DNA of 64,000 nucleotides from Nitrospirales bacterium (GTDB lineage Bacteria; Nitrospirota; Nitrospiria; Nitrospirales; UBA8639): NCBI GenBank assembly GCA_965203295.1, contig CBDBCZ010000011.1, positions 96,001 to 160,000 of the forward strand, read 5' to 3'. Shown piece by piece: positions 34,916 to 47,338 of this stretch (position 1 is its first letter; each line of letters starts with the position of its first letter). The notes under the pieces were generated by a model. It saw only the letters and a program-made list of their open reading frames with translations, ran no database searches and was not told where the DNA came from. The position numbers and the translations under genes were made by a program.

Positions 34916-36945
34916 GTATGTGGTTTAGGAAGGCAGAATATAAAGCATGTCTATTGCATGTGGCACCACACAAAGCATATTATTACATGTAACACGTTCT
35001 ATTTTCAAAAATAATAAAAATTGGTATAGGTAGTATAGAGTTGTTAGAAGATTCAGAAAGCACCACCAATCTGTTAGTCTGTCAAGAAAGACTAAGTCTG
35101 CATTAATGAATGCGACAATGCTGCGACAATGTATCAATATATCTACTGTAACACATCTATTGACCAATCAGATCAATGGATGCGATAATGTATCCATTTA
35201 GAGGTGTAGATAACGTATACTATATGTGTAGGTTTTGGAGCTATGTCAAATTATCACATTTTCCAGTATAATAGTGGGGAATCGTCAGTGCATGGGGATC
35301 CCCTAAGCCTGCTCTGCTAAAACAATTACCTTTTCTTTCCTATGGCTTCAAATTCCTGGAGTAACTTGCTAGGTGCTTCACCAAATACCATAAACAATTA
35401 CACTGCATTCACTGCCCCATGCTTCCTGCAGTGAGGTATGCAGGCTTGCTTAACTTCAAGGGTACGTAGTGGCCCTGAATTTCGCAGTATTAGAGATCTA
35501 TAGGTGTGTACTGTAACAGTAATTCAAAAGGTAGCTAGCGCTTTGTATCAGTATAGTGGTGTATTTTCATTGGGGAGAGTGTGTCATGGTATCCACTGTC
35601 CCCAATGATAAAATGATAGCTATACGAGGCAAGTACCACTGCTGCAGTGCTGATGTATTGGCCCCTGAGCAAGGGCCATGCAGTGCAATTGTGACTCTGT
35701 GGGCATGCATTGGTGCACGTGAGCTTGTGTGTGTTTGCATGTGCACATCAAAGTGCCGATATCGCATATGAAAGAGCCGCTATCCACATCAAAGTGACAC
35801 ACCCCTCCTGTTGATTCCGGTTGCCGCCGCATGGGAAAATGCAAACATATCAATGAATCTATTTAGCGCCACGTGAGTGATGTCATCTCATTAATTATTC
35901 ATGAGGAGAATCACGCGGATTCGAAGGTGAGGCTCTTCCTACCTTAAAGTCAGCCCCCAATTTTTCTTCTTATAGCTACATTGCATTGTCAAAACTATAA
36001 CCATGTACGAAACAATTAAAACAACCGTATCTTTTTTGCAGGATATTTAAAAAACTCTCCGCTAGCCCATATTTAGGAAGTTAACTCATTCCAAGTCTCC
36101 CGCTTTATTTGGTTGCATGAAATAAGCAACTGAAAATGGCAAGAACAAGGCTATATAACTTGCCAAAGGGTATATATGTCAAGCAGATTAAAGCCATTGT
36201 TCCTTCATAATAATCCAAACCTCCATAATAATGAACGGCTGAGAACCAGAGTGGTCTAACCTAAAATCAAGAATACACGTGCACAGTGGATTTTCAAAGT
36301 ATTGGGCATAAGCTCATATATGCACATTTATTACTTTTTTCTGCAAATCCTAAAATTGTAAGCAGCTTCTGAAATATGTTTTAAGAGTTTTCTCAAGTTT
36401 GGGAGGGGTCAGTTAAAATTGTGGGCTATACCACTCTGGTTCTCTTGCAGCCCTTCATATATAGGCCAGCATATACATAAATTAATTTATTGGTACCTAT
36501 AAAATGCAAGGTAATAGTGATCAGCATCCTGGTTTGAATTCTTCTCATGCAGTGTTTAGGTAGGCCATACTTCCAAAATGATTTATCAAACAAGCTATAT
36601 AGGGATAACTTATCTCAGTTGCAACTGCAATACCGAACTATGCAGTGTTTACTGCATGCAGGAAGCCGATATCAATGGGACTTACATGTACAAGAGCTCA
36701 GCATGCATGCACTTCTATATATGATCATTCCAACAATTCAGATACTCCACCAAATACTGTAAACAATTCATTTTGAGCTTCCATTGACATTGGCTTCCTG
36801 CAGTATTAGTAAACACAGCATAGTTTGGTGGCTATATAGCTATACTCATGTTCAGATGTGCAAAGATCTTGCACATGCAGGTACTCCATGCAGGTTTAAA
36901 TTACGCTTCATTTTAACATGAAAATGCATGTAATACAAAACTAAA

Positions 36946-37463
36946 CTAGAAGTCTCTAGCAGAGACATACCCCGCGGTGCATAATTCACAACTTGGACCT
37001 GGCAGGACTGCAGACTGGGTTGATGGAGTAGTTGGCAAAGTGTATATCGCTGGCTGTGTCGGGCTGTGTATCCGCACGCAGAGTGTACAGCGCTCGTGTA
37101 TGCGTATCTGTGGGCGTGACTGATTGCCAATATGAACGCGTGACCAGAGTCTGTATATTCCCGGCCTCTATCGTATTCTAGTTGTGACCGTATTAAAATG
37201 GCAGAATGTACCGTTGTTAAATAAGAAAGAGCTGCTGATGCAGCGAATGGAACCGCTTTGGCAATTATCAGGTACACACCCGGACATTTTTTTTTGATTT
37301 CAATGTTACTGTCGTGTTTAGCAATCACTTAACCCGGTAAAGCGCGAGAAAACCCCATTTTTGAGGCGACAGACAGACAACAGAAAGACAGACAGACAGA
37401 TAGACAGACAGACAGACAGAACCGATTGCTTAACCCCGCCGCCGCCTACGCGCCGCGGGGTAA
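36946..37463 (-). mobile_element. non-autonomous Helentron-type (DINE-1/HINE-like) element
   Basis: On the minus strand: 5' subTIR taccccgcgg, (GTCT)n microsatellite, 3' subTIR ccgcggggta, hairpin gtctct-gct-agagac, end ttctag. Absent from duplicate B, whose empty site (ctaaaatatt, ~50496-50505) shows insertion in a T-run without TSD. Second copy at 62398-62898. Confidence 0.85.
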
Positions 37464-38149
37464 ATATTGCATTGTACTGCTGAAGTTGTACACTTTCCCT
37501 ACTTACTTCTTCTAAATGCCAAAATTAGTATAGCATTTCACAATACATATTAATCACACCGATGGTTATACCATAGATATATATATGTTTGGTTAGCTAT
37601 GCACTTCAATCTGTGCTTTCATTCTAACAGACATGTAGCCCTATCCTCGGCCTAAAGCACTTCCGGCCTGCCAGACCTGGTCACCAATAATAGTCACTTG
37701 GCGCTGCGAGCCTATATACTAGGGGATGCTTTGTTTGCATACAGAAGCTTTTATATGAGTGCCGCTTTGGGTGGTTCATGCATGCACTCTTGCATGGTGG
37801 ACATTACGTTATTACTTATGCTTCTCAGGCATGTATAGTGGAAAACATGATTCAGAACCCACAACAAAGGGTCTACTTGAACAGTCAGCCTATACAACTT
37901 CTTTTGGAGTTGTTATAGGGATAATTATATATGCTGGCACCCAGATTATTCTTACTTGTGTATGTACCTCCCCATGCACAGTGAATTAGGGTCTCATAGC
38001 TACCAACCTAACATACACCTGCAGTAAAGCACACAACACAACTATTAGTTTCATAGCTATTAGCTCACAGCAAAAAAAAATAACAAGTTTTGACTGCTTA
38101 GTGGTTGCTCTAAGTTTCAAATGTTCGAGCATGTTTGAGTCAGCCCACA

Positions 38150-38367
38150 CACAGCCAAAAAAGTGGAATTTCCTGAAATGCGTTACATGGAACTTGACAG
38201 GAAATCTGGCATTTCAGGTATAGGGTAGTATAAATAGGGCAAAATTTCCTTTGAAATTATGAAATTCTGCCCTATCCTATACTACCCTATACCTAAAATA
38301 TGCCAGACTTCCTGACAGATTTCCTTGTAACGTATTTCAGGAAATTTCATTTTAATTTTTTGCTGTG
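38150..38367. repeat. ~215-bp foldback (almost fully palindromic) element
   Basis: cacagccaaaaaa..atttcctgaaatgcgttaca..aggtatagggtagtata / tatactaccctatacct..tgtaacgtatttcaggaaat..ttttttgctgtg. Duplicated at ~52147-52364. Confidence 0.8.
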
Positions 38368-38849
38368 CCACTATAATAGTTTTCAATTATATAGCTATAC
38401 ATTTCATGTAACTACACACTCATTTGTTGTGAAAATTTACAAATCTGAGTAGGAAGCAGAAACTAACCACCAAGCACATGAAACAACTGAGATGATCAAT
38501 CAGTGTATGTTTAGAACAATCTTACAACATGCATGAGATGTAATAGTGACGGTCATAGCTACACCATGATTATGCCCATGCATGATTCCTTGCAGTGATG
38601 GCTCTTGTCAGTACAGGTTGGCACAGAACCAAAAGGTAGCACGTCATTGTTAAATCATGGTGGTTTACGTATACTTGTTTCAACAAACAGATGAAGCTCC
38701 AAACTGCAATGTTTGACTACACTTTCTATAACTTGGAAATGTAGCCAAACAATGAAGTTCTACCGTATGACATAAATGTCCAATTAACCTTATGAGTGTT
38801 GTTAATGTTATAAGCATGCATGTGTATATACATTTCTAATGTAGTTACT

Positions 38850-40142
38850 GCACAAGGCAAACTAAGTCTATACATGTTATGCCCTATCATGTCTTCTAGG
38901 GAAAGCCGTTTGAGAAAAGTAGTATATGTGGCAGTGGCATACATTACAAAGCTTAAAGGGTTGGAAGCTAGATAAGACCTATGTACAATTGAGTTTACCT
39001 GCATGTGAGGCACCAGCACCAGTTAATATGTAGGGGGTTACCGGGATTAAACCACCACCCACGTGCACTGAAGCACTTTTTGTATGCAGGCAAACTAAGT
39101 CTGTACATGTTATGCCCTGGCATGTCTTTTAGGGAAAGCCCCAAATTTGTAGTGTTGATAAAAGTAGTATATGGCATTGCACATGTCTTCACTCCATACA
39201 TTACAAAGCTTAAAGGGTTGGAAGCTAGATAAGACCTATGTACAATTGAGTTTACGTACCTGCATGTGATTGGTACCAGCACCAGTAAATATGTAGGGGG
39301 TTACCGGGATTACAAACACCACCCACGTGCACTGAAGCACTCTTTGTATGCAGGCAAACTAAGTCTGTACATGCATGTTATGCCCTGTCATGTCTTCTAT
39401 AGAAGGGCTTTCCCTATAGGGAAAGCCCTTTGTAGTGTTGATAAAAGTAGTATATGGCATTGCACATGTCTTCAATCCATACATTATACAAAGCTTAAAG
39501 GGTTGGAAGCTAGATAAGACCTATGTACAATTGAGTTTACCTGCATGTGATTGGTACCAGCACCAGTAAATATGTAGGGGTTACCGGGATTACAAACACC
39601 ACCCACGTGCACTGAAGCACTTTTTGTATGCAAACAAACTATGTCTGTACATGTTATGCCCTATCATGTCTTCTAGGGAAAGCCCTTTGTAGTGTTGATA
39701 AAAGTAGTATATGGCATTGCACATGTCTTCATGCACTCCCTACATTACAAAGCTTAAAGGGTTGGAAGCTAGATAAGACCTATGTACAATTGAGTTTACC
39801 CGCATGTGATTGGTACCAGCACCAGTAAATATGTAGGGGGTTACCGGCGGGATTACAAACACCACCCACGTGCACTGAAGCACTTTTTGTATGCAAACAA
39901 ACTAAGTCTGTACATGTTATGCCCTATCATGTCTTCTAGGGAAAGCCCTTTGTAGTGTTGATAAAAGTAGTATATGGCATTGCACATGTCTTCACTCCAT
40001 ACATTACAAAGCTTAAAGGGTTGGAAGCTAGATAAGACCTATGTACCTGCATGTGATTGGCACCAGCACCAGTAAAATATGTATAGGGGGTTACCGGGAT
40101 TACAAACACCACCCACGTGCACTGAAGCACTTTTTGTATGCA
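38850..40142 (+). repeat. ~255-bp tandem repeat, 5 units (copy A)
   Basis: Units start near 38850, 39086, 39350, 39629 and 39893 (gcaaactaagtctgtacatgttatgccc...cacgtgcactgaagcactttttgtat). Confidence 0.97.
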
Positions 40143-40249
40143 GTTATACATAAGAAACCTCAAAAGCCCCATGTCTGGTTTGGGTCCAAACCACAATACA
40201 AACAAAATTAATAATTGAAACTGTCAATTAAACAAAGAGCTTGGGTGGG

Positions 40250-40257
40250 TATATAAA
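40250..40257 (+). promoter_or_regulatory. TATA box of peptide gene A
   Basis: TATATAAA ~95 bp upstream of ATG 40349, conserved in copy B (55333-55340). Confidence 0.55.
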
Positions 40258-40348
40258 GCAGGAGAAACTTCTATAAAGCTAGCTATATGCCAGCCTCAAA
40301 AGAAGGACATCACTCATCTGTTCAGTCTCCAGAAGATCAACGGCAGAG

Positions 40349-40743
40349 ATGCAAGCAAAAATCCTGCTAGCAATTGGTGTCCTGGTTGGAGTCCTCCTTG
40401 GTGCCCAGGCAGCCCTGCCGGTGAGCTTAATATACTCAACACCCCCCCCCCCCCCCCCCCCAAATAGAATGCATGGGCTGATGTTCTTACGTAGCATGAA
40501 TTAGTAATAAAATATTGTGCAGTGCTAGCCGGTTACTGCATGCATGCACCCATTCTCTCCATACAGCCCAACGGATGTCTTTGCCCACAGGCGTGTTCAG
40601 GGCAAATTGATTTATTAAATAAATGGATCTGGTGCGTTTGTGACGGAGGTGTCTTATCACGTCCACACCACTGCTATTGCCCCACTGGATACAACCTGGT
40701 CTGTGATGACCCCAAGTGCAGGTGTATAGACTCACCTCACTGA
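40349..40743 (+). CDS. small secreted cysteine-rich peptide, copy A (82 aa, 2 exons)
   Basis: Exon 1 40349-40420 MQAKILLAIGVLVGVLLGAQAALP (signal-peptide-like, AQA cleavage motif). GTGAGC...CATACAG intron. Exon 2 40567-40743 PNGCLCPQACSGQIDLLNKWIWCVCDGGVLSRPHHCYCPTGYNLVCDDPKCRCIDSPH* (10 Cys). Confidence 0.85.
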
Positions 40744-41251
40744 AACAGATCCAGACCCTGTGGCTGACTAAGAAGTGCTATGATATACTGTTAAGTATAT
40801 AGATGAGTGACTATAATTAACCAAATGCAATTTACTTTATTATGTAGTATTAGAAATAGCCCTGTTTTATGGTGTTTCATCTGTTAGCTACTACTGTTTA
40901 GTGTTTATTCTGACTCATATAGTATAGAAGGTAAACAAAATATTTTTGGAAAGCAACAATTATTGAAGTTACCATAAATATTCACTTTTCATTAAAAATT
41001 GTTTTTCTGAAAAGAAAAGTACTCATAGGTATTGCTGGTGTAAGTTGTAAATCCCAAGTCAGAGCCTCAGAGGACACAAACAAGAGCAGCTAGAGATTGT
41101 ATTATCCTGATTGCCATATAAATTCTTCATCCTTGAACCCTTCAAACCAGGAGCCCATAAAACAAGCATGCTACGTATATACAACATTATTTAGAGCAGA
41201 GTATTCCCAAAGCCATGTACTACATTTGCTCTGCCTGTCAACACTAACCGA

Positions 41252-42060
41252 TTAGTAGGTGTGGCTAGCAAGCATTCTAATACAGGGTCAAGTCTTGCTT
41301 TCAAAGTATCAAATTGGCTACAATTTCTGGCCTTATGGAGCCAAAATGGGAGATATTCAAGGTAATCCTTGCTAGTATGAATCAGACCATGCCCAATAGT
41401 CAGGAAACATGATTTGTCAGGGGATCAAAGGTGTTAGTAGGTGTGGCTAGCAAGCATTCTAATACAGGTCAAGTCTTGCTTTCAAAGTATCAAATTGGCT
41501 ACAATTTGTGGCCTTATTGAGCCATAATGGGAGATATTCAGGACAAACCTTGCTAGTATGAATCAGATCATGCCCAATAGTCAGGAAACAGTTTTGAAAA
41601 TCACATAGACTGAGGCTTTAGTGTTGACGAGGCAGCAAATGCTCCTATTGTCCTTATTATTCAAGGTAGAAGCAATCTATCCTCTTAGAGCATCAGGCTC
41701 AGACATTATGATGGTTAATCTTGCTAATGTGACTCAGACCATCCCAAATAGTCAGGAAATATGATTGGTCAGGGGATGGAAGGTGTTAGTAGGTGTGGCT
41801 AGCAAGCATTCTAATACACGGCCAAGTCTTAAGTACCAAATCAGCTACAATTCCTGGCCTTATGGAGCCATAATGGGAGATATTCAGGAAAAATCTTGCT
41901 ACTATGAATAAGACCATGCCCAATAGTCAGGAAGAGTTTTGGAAATCAAATTCAGGATTTAGAATTGACAAGGCAGCAAAAGCTACCCTTTGTTCCAAAG
42001 CAGAAGCAATCTATATATAGCCCCTTAGCGCTCCGGGTTCGGAAGGTGAATCTTGCTACT
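41252..42060 (+). repeat. diverged tandem repeat (3 units of ~180-350 bp)
   Basis: ttagtaggtgtggctagcaagcattctaatac recurs at ~41252, ~41434 and ~41786, with shared downstream gaccatgcccaatagtcaggaa. Confidence 0.85.
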
Positions 42061-42479
42061 GTAGTTCAGACAGGTTGCCAGTGACTTATGATCCTAGATA
42101 ATTTCTACTGTCTCTTTCTGCGTTAATGTTTCTACAGACAAACTTATGGGAGCATACTTTATATCCCGGTATCTAGATCTATGATAGTCTTCCATATTAT
42201 TACGAACTTCATAAACACAACGGGCTCACCGAATATAATAGTGTTGACCAAGTCTTCTACCCATGCTCTGATGCGCTGCTGGCTCTGCGAGATTCCGTAT
42301 TGGTGGTGCCTCGGGTGCACATGGTGCCGCGACGTGACTCGAACTCGTGCATTACCGAGGGTAATTACCATAGGGCGTGGCCTATCGGCACTGTACACGT
42401 GCTTTCTGTAGGGCATGGCCGATCATACGCGCATATCGCATGCGCACGATCGACATTCGAGGTGTCAGAAGTTATATCA

Positions 42480-45400
42480 GTCAATCAATCAATCAAATTT
42501 TATTAGACTGACATGCCCATTATACGTATATATAATACAGAAGATTACGTACATATAATGGTGCCCAGCCAAGATATGGCTTATAAGTCAGTGAGTCACT
42601 ATGAGTATAAAAAATCATGACTTATACAAAAAAGAAGAACGTAATTTGAACATTTTATACAATGATTTAGCAATTAAGTTCTGACAATATGATTCATTAT
42701 TTAATATATACAAAAACTTATTAAAAGGATTTAGGTGCATAAATGACAGGTCCTTTTGAGTGATATAATATAGTAATTTATTTCTTTCAAGTTCGAGTTT
42801 ATTGCATACCATAATGAAATGAAATTCATCCTCGACTAAATCTGAATTGCAAACCTGACAGACCCGCTGCTCCAGGGGAACCTTAGGAATCCGGTAACGC
42901 CCGGTCTCCACCCCCAAAGGCAGACACCCAGCCCGGAGCGAAGCCATCACCCACCTTGGCCCAGGATCAAGTGGGGGCAGGACATAACTGGCAGGAGTGG
43001 GTTCAGCCTTAAACAGTTTGTAAAGCTTCAGCTTACCCCCTGATTCTGAGTTTTTCATGACTGGTTTGTTTAAGGTTTCAATCCATTTTTCACTAGCTAC
43101 CCTAAATATTCTATCCTTAACGAACTGTAATAGCTGATGAAAAGAACTAGCAGGAGGATTGTGCGTGGAATAAAGTTCAGGCAACTGCAAACATGCAAGT
43201 AACTTCCTAGCTTGCCAACACCAATTTCTAGTTTTACCATTTTCAGCAAGTCTCATTGACCACATAAATACCTTTTTACTTATCCTATTGGGATCTTGAG
43301 AACGGGTTCTTAGCCACCATTTAATAAACTGAAAATTATGTCGGAATCCTGCAGGAATCCAACCCATGTCTCCTTGAAGGGCAACAATGGGATAGCTCCT
43401 GCCGACTCCAAGGAAGAATCTCAGGGCATTATTCTGGGTTGCTTCCAATGTATTGTAATGCTCAGATCCCCATACAACTACTATAATCCATAACAGGAGC
43501 AACCAAAGTGTCATATAGATATGTATAAGTGTTATAACTAAGTCCACCCAAAGCCTTGGTTTTACTTATTAACTCTTTACCAACCAATGACGCATATATG
43601 CGTCATGAGCTCCCATAAGCCCATATGAATTTATATGGGGGTTTTAATACTAGGCGTTAATACTTTGTACAGGCTTTTCTGCTTCTTTAAGCTGTTTCTT
43701 ATGGTCGGTAAAGGGTTAAACAACCTAATGCACGACGAGCAGCTAAGTTTACTCTGCCAACCATTTCTTTAGGGTCAAGGTATTGATTAATCCACAGTCC
43801 TAAGTACTTGTATTCATTACAATATTGTATTTGATTATTCCCACATTTAAAAACAAAGGAAGATTGTGTTCGTCTTTTATGCCTAATGTGCATCACCTTT
43901 GTTTTCTGCAAATTAAATTGAATACCGTTCTTTGTGCACCAACTAAATGTCATATCTATGAGGGCTTGTAACTTTTGTGGATTGGAAGCTATTAGAACAA
44001 TGTCATCTGCAAACGCTAATGCAGGTATCCTAGTATCACCACCACAGTCTATCCCATACTCTGATGCACTGAGGCTAAGCAGCAAATCATTAATGAACAG
44101 ATTGAACAGTGATGGAGATAGTAAGCAGCCTTGTTTAACTCCATTACTGACATTAAACCAAGGTGTACAACAACCATTTACCTCTACTGCACATTAAAAT
44201 CCAGCGTACATACACTTAAGGGTATCTAGAAAAGGGCCATGTACTCCATAATGTTGAAGTTTTTGCCAGAGGAGTTTTCTGTCTACACTATCAAAAGCCT
44301 TTCGAAAGTCTATAAAGCAACAGAATTAAGGTGTCCTCCCCATTCAACTTCCGATTTAAGGCAATATTGTGAAGAGTGATCATGTGCTCTTGACAGGACC
44401 TGTTGGGTCTGAAGCCATTCTGTAGGTCAGAGAGCACTTCATTAGATTCTAACCAAGCTGTTAAGCGTTTGTTCAGGATATATGTGAAAAGCTTCAAGAC
44501 TGCGCTCTGCAAACTAATGCCACGATAGTTAAGGGGGTTCCGCTTGTTATTCTGTCCAGGCTTAGGGATAGGGAAAATTATAGCTCTTTTCCATGCAGTA
44601 GGACATTTTGTAGATATGAAGCAATGGTTGAAAATGATACTAAAAAAGCAATCAGGGCCTCATGATTGAGGTAACTAGGATCCAAACTATCTACCCCAAT
44701 TGCTTTATGTCTGGGGGCATGTGCAAGAGCAGACTCAACCTCCTCTCTGGTAATTCGTTCATTAAGTTCAGCAGAGTCAATGCCACCCAAGCCCAGATCA
44801 AGTTGACACTGTGAGCTGCTAACTGAATGAACATTGTTTAAGAGAGATTTGAAACAAGTATACCACTTATTTAGAACAACCCCCTTATCGGAACTAATGC
44901 TCCCATCTTCTAGTTCTATCTCAGCAGGTATGTTTGTAGGCTTGCCTGACTCTGAGATACCTAAGCTTCTTATATCTCGCCAGAACTGTCTTGGCGATCT
45001 CTTTTGTTTAAAGAGCAGTTGAAGTCTTTGCGTCCTATTGAACTCCCTCTTCTTCTTCCGAACTAATTTATCAAATCTTTTTTGTGCTGCCACATAAGTT
45101 GTTTTGAGTTGTAAATTTCCTTTGTTTTTTAGCCATACTCTACAAGCTTTCTTTAAAACACTCTTAGATTGTTTCAACTCACTATCCCACCACTGCTTAC
45201 TTTTCCTCATTTTTACAGATTTCCTAGCACCTATAGGCAATTCATTCAATATAATCGAGCAAAAGGTGTCATATATATGGTCGGTGTTTGTTTCAGCAGC
45301 TTCACTATCGATACAAGATGACAAATGCGCTATAGATTCTAAAGTCATGGGGTTAGTAAGATAATTATCTGGAACCCTTACTTTATGGAGGCGAGGTGTT

Positions 45401-46785
45401 GGGTGTATGTGTTAACATGTCTTCTGAAGCTGGGCTAAAACTATTTAATGTTTTGAACTTGTATGCCCACTTTAACAAAGAGTGATCGGATATCAACCTG
45501 TCTATATAGGGGTTCCCTGAGGTTGATGATTTCGTCAGTCATATAGTGTATATACTAAAATTAGTAAAGCTATCAAAGTTCCTAGCTGGGACAAGAGCAT
45601 AGTCGACTACAGATGCACCCTTAGTAGACACACATGTAAATTTATTTGAATTGTCGCCAAATCTTCCGTTTAGCATGCACATGTCGCATTCAATCATAAA
45701 TTCAATCAAGGAATTTCCATATGAATTACCTGGAGCAGTATCTATGTAGCTTCTAACAGGAAGATTTGCTGGACAGAGTGCTACCTCAGTATCAGACTTA
45801 TTGCGTTGAAATCACCGCATATCATAAAGGAGTCATAAATCTGCATTTTAAGTACCAGCATTTTTAGGATGTTAAAAAATTCAAAGGCTTTTATCACCTC
45901 TGGAGGAATGACTAGGAGGTAAGTAGCATACACATAAGCCAACCGATTCTAGGGAGCAATTATGTATCAGACTAATGCATAGAATATCTTCATATTCTTG
46001 GTTTACAACTGTTACTGAGTATGTTTCAAATACAGAATTTTTGATAAGGATGCCTACCCCTCCAGATCCTCTAATAGCATTTCTATGAATTTTCAATCTA
46101 TTGTGACCAAACCATGTATAACCTTCCACTGAAAGAGCCTCATTCCTTTGTAAATGTGTTTCAACTAAACAAATAACATCAGCATCACTATTTACTATAA
46201 TTTCAAGCTTAGAATTGCTACCATACCAACCTGCCATATTCCAGTACGCAAACTTAATTTCACTACTTTGGCTAGGACCTTGCTCCACCCTGCAATGTTC
46301 CCGTTCCCCACCCACACCCACACCTCGGCGAGGCGACGACCCACTCACGCCCTGGGCATCCACCCCAGGGGCGGAACGCCGAGCATTCCCTTCATCCCTT
46401 GGCTGACCTGGATTGGAGGTGTCAGGTGGAACCGCTGGCTGTTCTGGGCTTTTTGTTCTCCTTGCTGGTTCAGAATGTTCCTTGACCGGATCTGAGGGTT
46501 GATGAGGGTGGTACAATAGTGGATAGGGTTGATGATGTGATACAAAAACGGGGTGAGGGTATACATGGGGTTGAGTGGGAGGGTGAAAAAATAGGTGTGG
46601 ATGATGGTGAAACAATGGCTGGGTGTTGTGGTAGGGTCGATGTTTGGGCAGGGCACCTGCAAAAAGAACCCGATCGGGTTTGTGGCTTGGTAAACTTCCA
46701 CGCCTTGCTGAGTTTGCTCCAATTGGCTGAAATATCAGCGACAGTGGCCTCATCTGCTAGGACTGTGAAATAGTGCCAAGTGGCA
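42480..46785 (-). mobile_element. APE-RT LINE (RTE-X-like by C-terminal motif; inference), 5'-truncated, a few frameshifts
   Basis: Endonuclease FAYWNMAG, ICLVETHL, GSGGVGILIK, CGDF, VVDY, SDH. RT NYRGISL, QNGFRPNRSCQEH, DFRKAFDSV, GVKQGCLLSP, FADD, YKYLG. C-terminal LPLGVETGRY..RVCQVC..EDEFHFIMVC. The 3' end has AATAAA then a (TTGA)n tail at ~42480-42506. Confidence 0.93.
43573..43715. mobile_element. 143-bp piggyBac-like MITE inserted in the LINE ORF
   Basis: TTAA at 43569-43572 and 43716-43719. TIRs ctctttaccaacca / tggtcggtaaaggg. Removal restores ...RALGCL-ISKTKALGGL. Confidence 0.9.
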
Positions 46786-47338
46786 GACAATCAACGAAAG
46801 AGATCCGACAGTGAACCTGCTATCTGATTGGTCAGACCATACCATTGACGTAATTTTTTCATGACGTTTTACAAAGCTTGAATCTGATTGGCTCGCAATG
46901 TGCACTGCGAGACAGACAAAATCATTACGGCGTCTGTACCAGACCCTCCGTTTAACGCGAGGGGCGGGGTCCCCCAGACTATACAAGCACCGCGTTTCTG
47001 GAACACTTAATCATCGAGGACTTCTCTTGAATACTTGAAGAACTTTAAGAAGAACTGAATCTGTGGTGCTACGTTAGAAGTAAGGAGCATGTGCCAGTAT
47101 TAAATTGGAAGTAGAGTGAAAGTTTGTCCGCAACTCAAAGTAGCAATACAGGTGGGCAGTAATGTATGTATATAGGTCTAACTGGACTGTGTATGGTTTT
47201 ATTGCTAAAGTGTAGGTCTATATAATGATACTTTAGGCTATGCTCACACCCAGGGAAAGGCTTTCATGTAGCGAGATTTCCACTTTTGTGTTCTGTCGCA
47301 AAAGTCCCCACTCTTTATGTTGAATTATTTTGCTTAGA

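Larger units (their letters stand above)
36153..41248 (+). repeat. segmental duplication, copy A
   Basis: Near-identical to 49708-56342 from atataacttgccaaaggg to gcctgtcaacactaac. Confidence 0.97.

Noticed and set aside
35330..35425. Upstream coding exon for the CVIL ORF
   Set aside because: A donor-like site exists, but no open frame joins in phase with 34592-34909.
36852..37328. 158-aa ORF (and 121-aa ORF at 62533-62898)
   Set aside because: They lie within the non-autonomous Helentron-type element and differ by frameshifts between copies.
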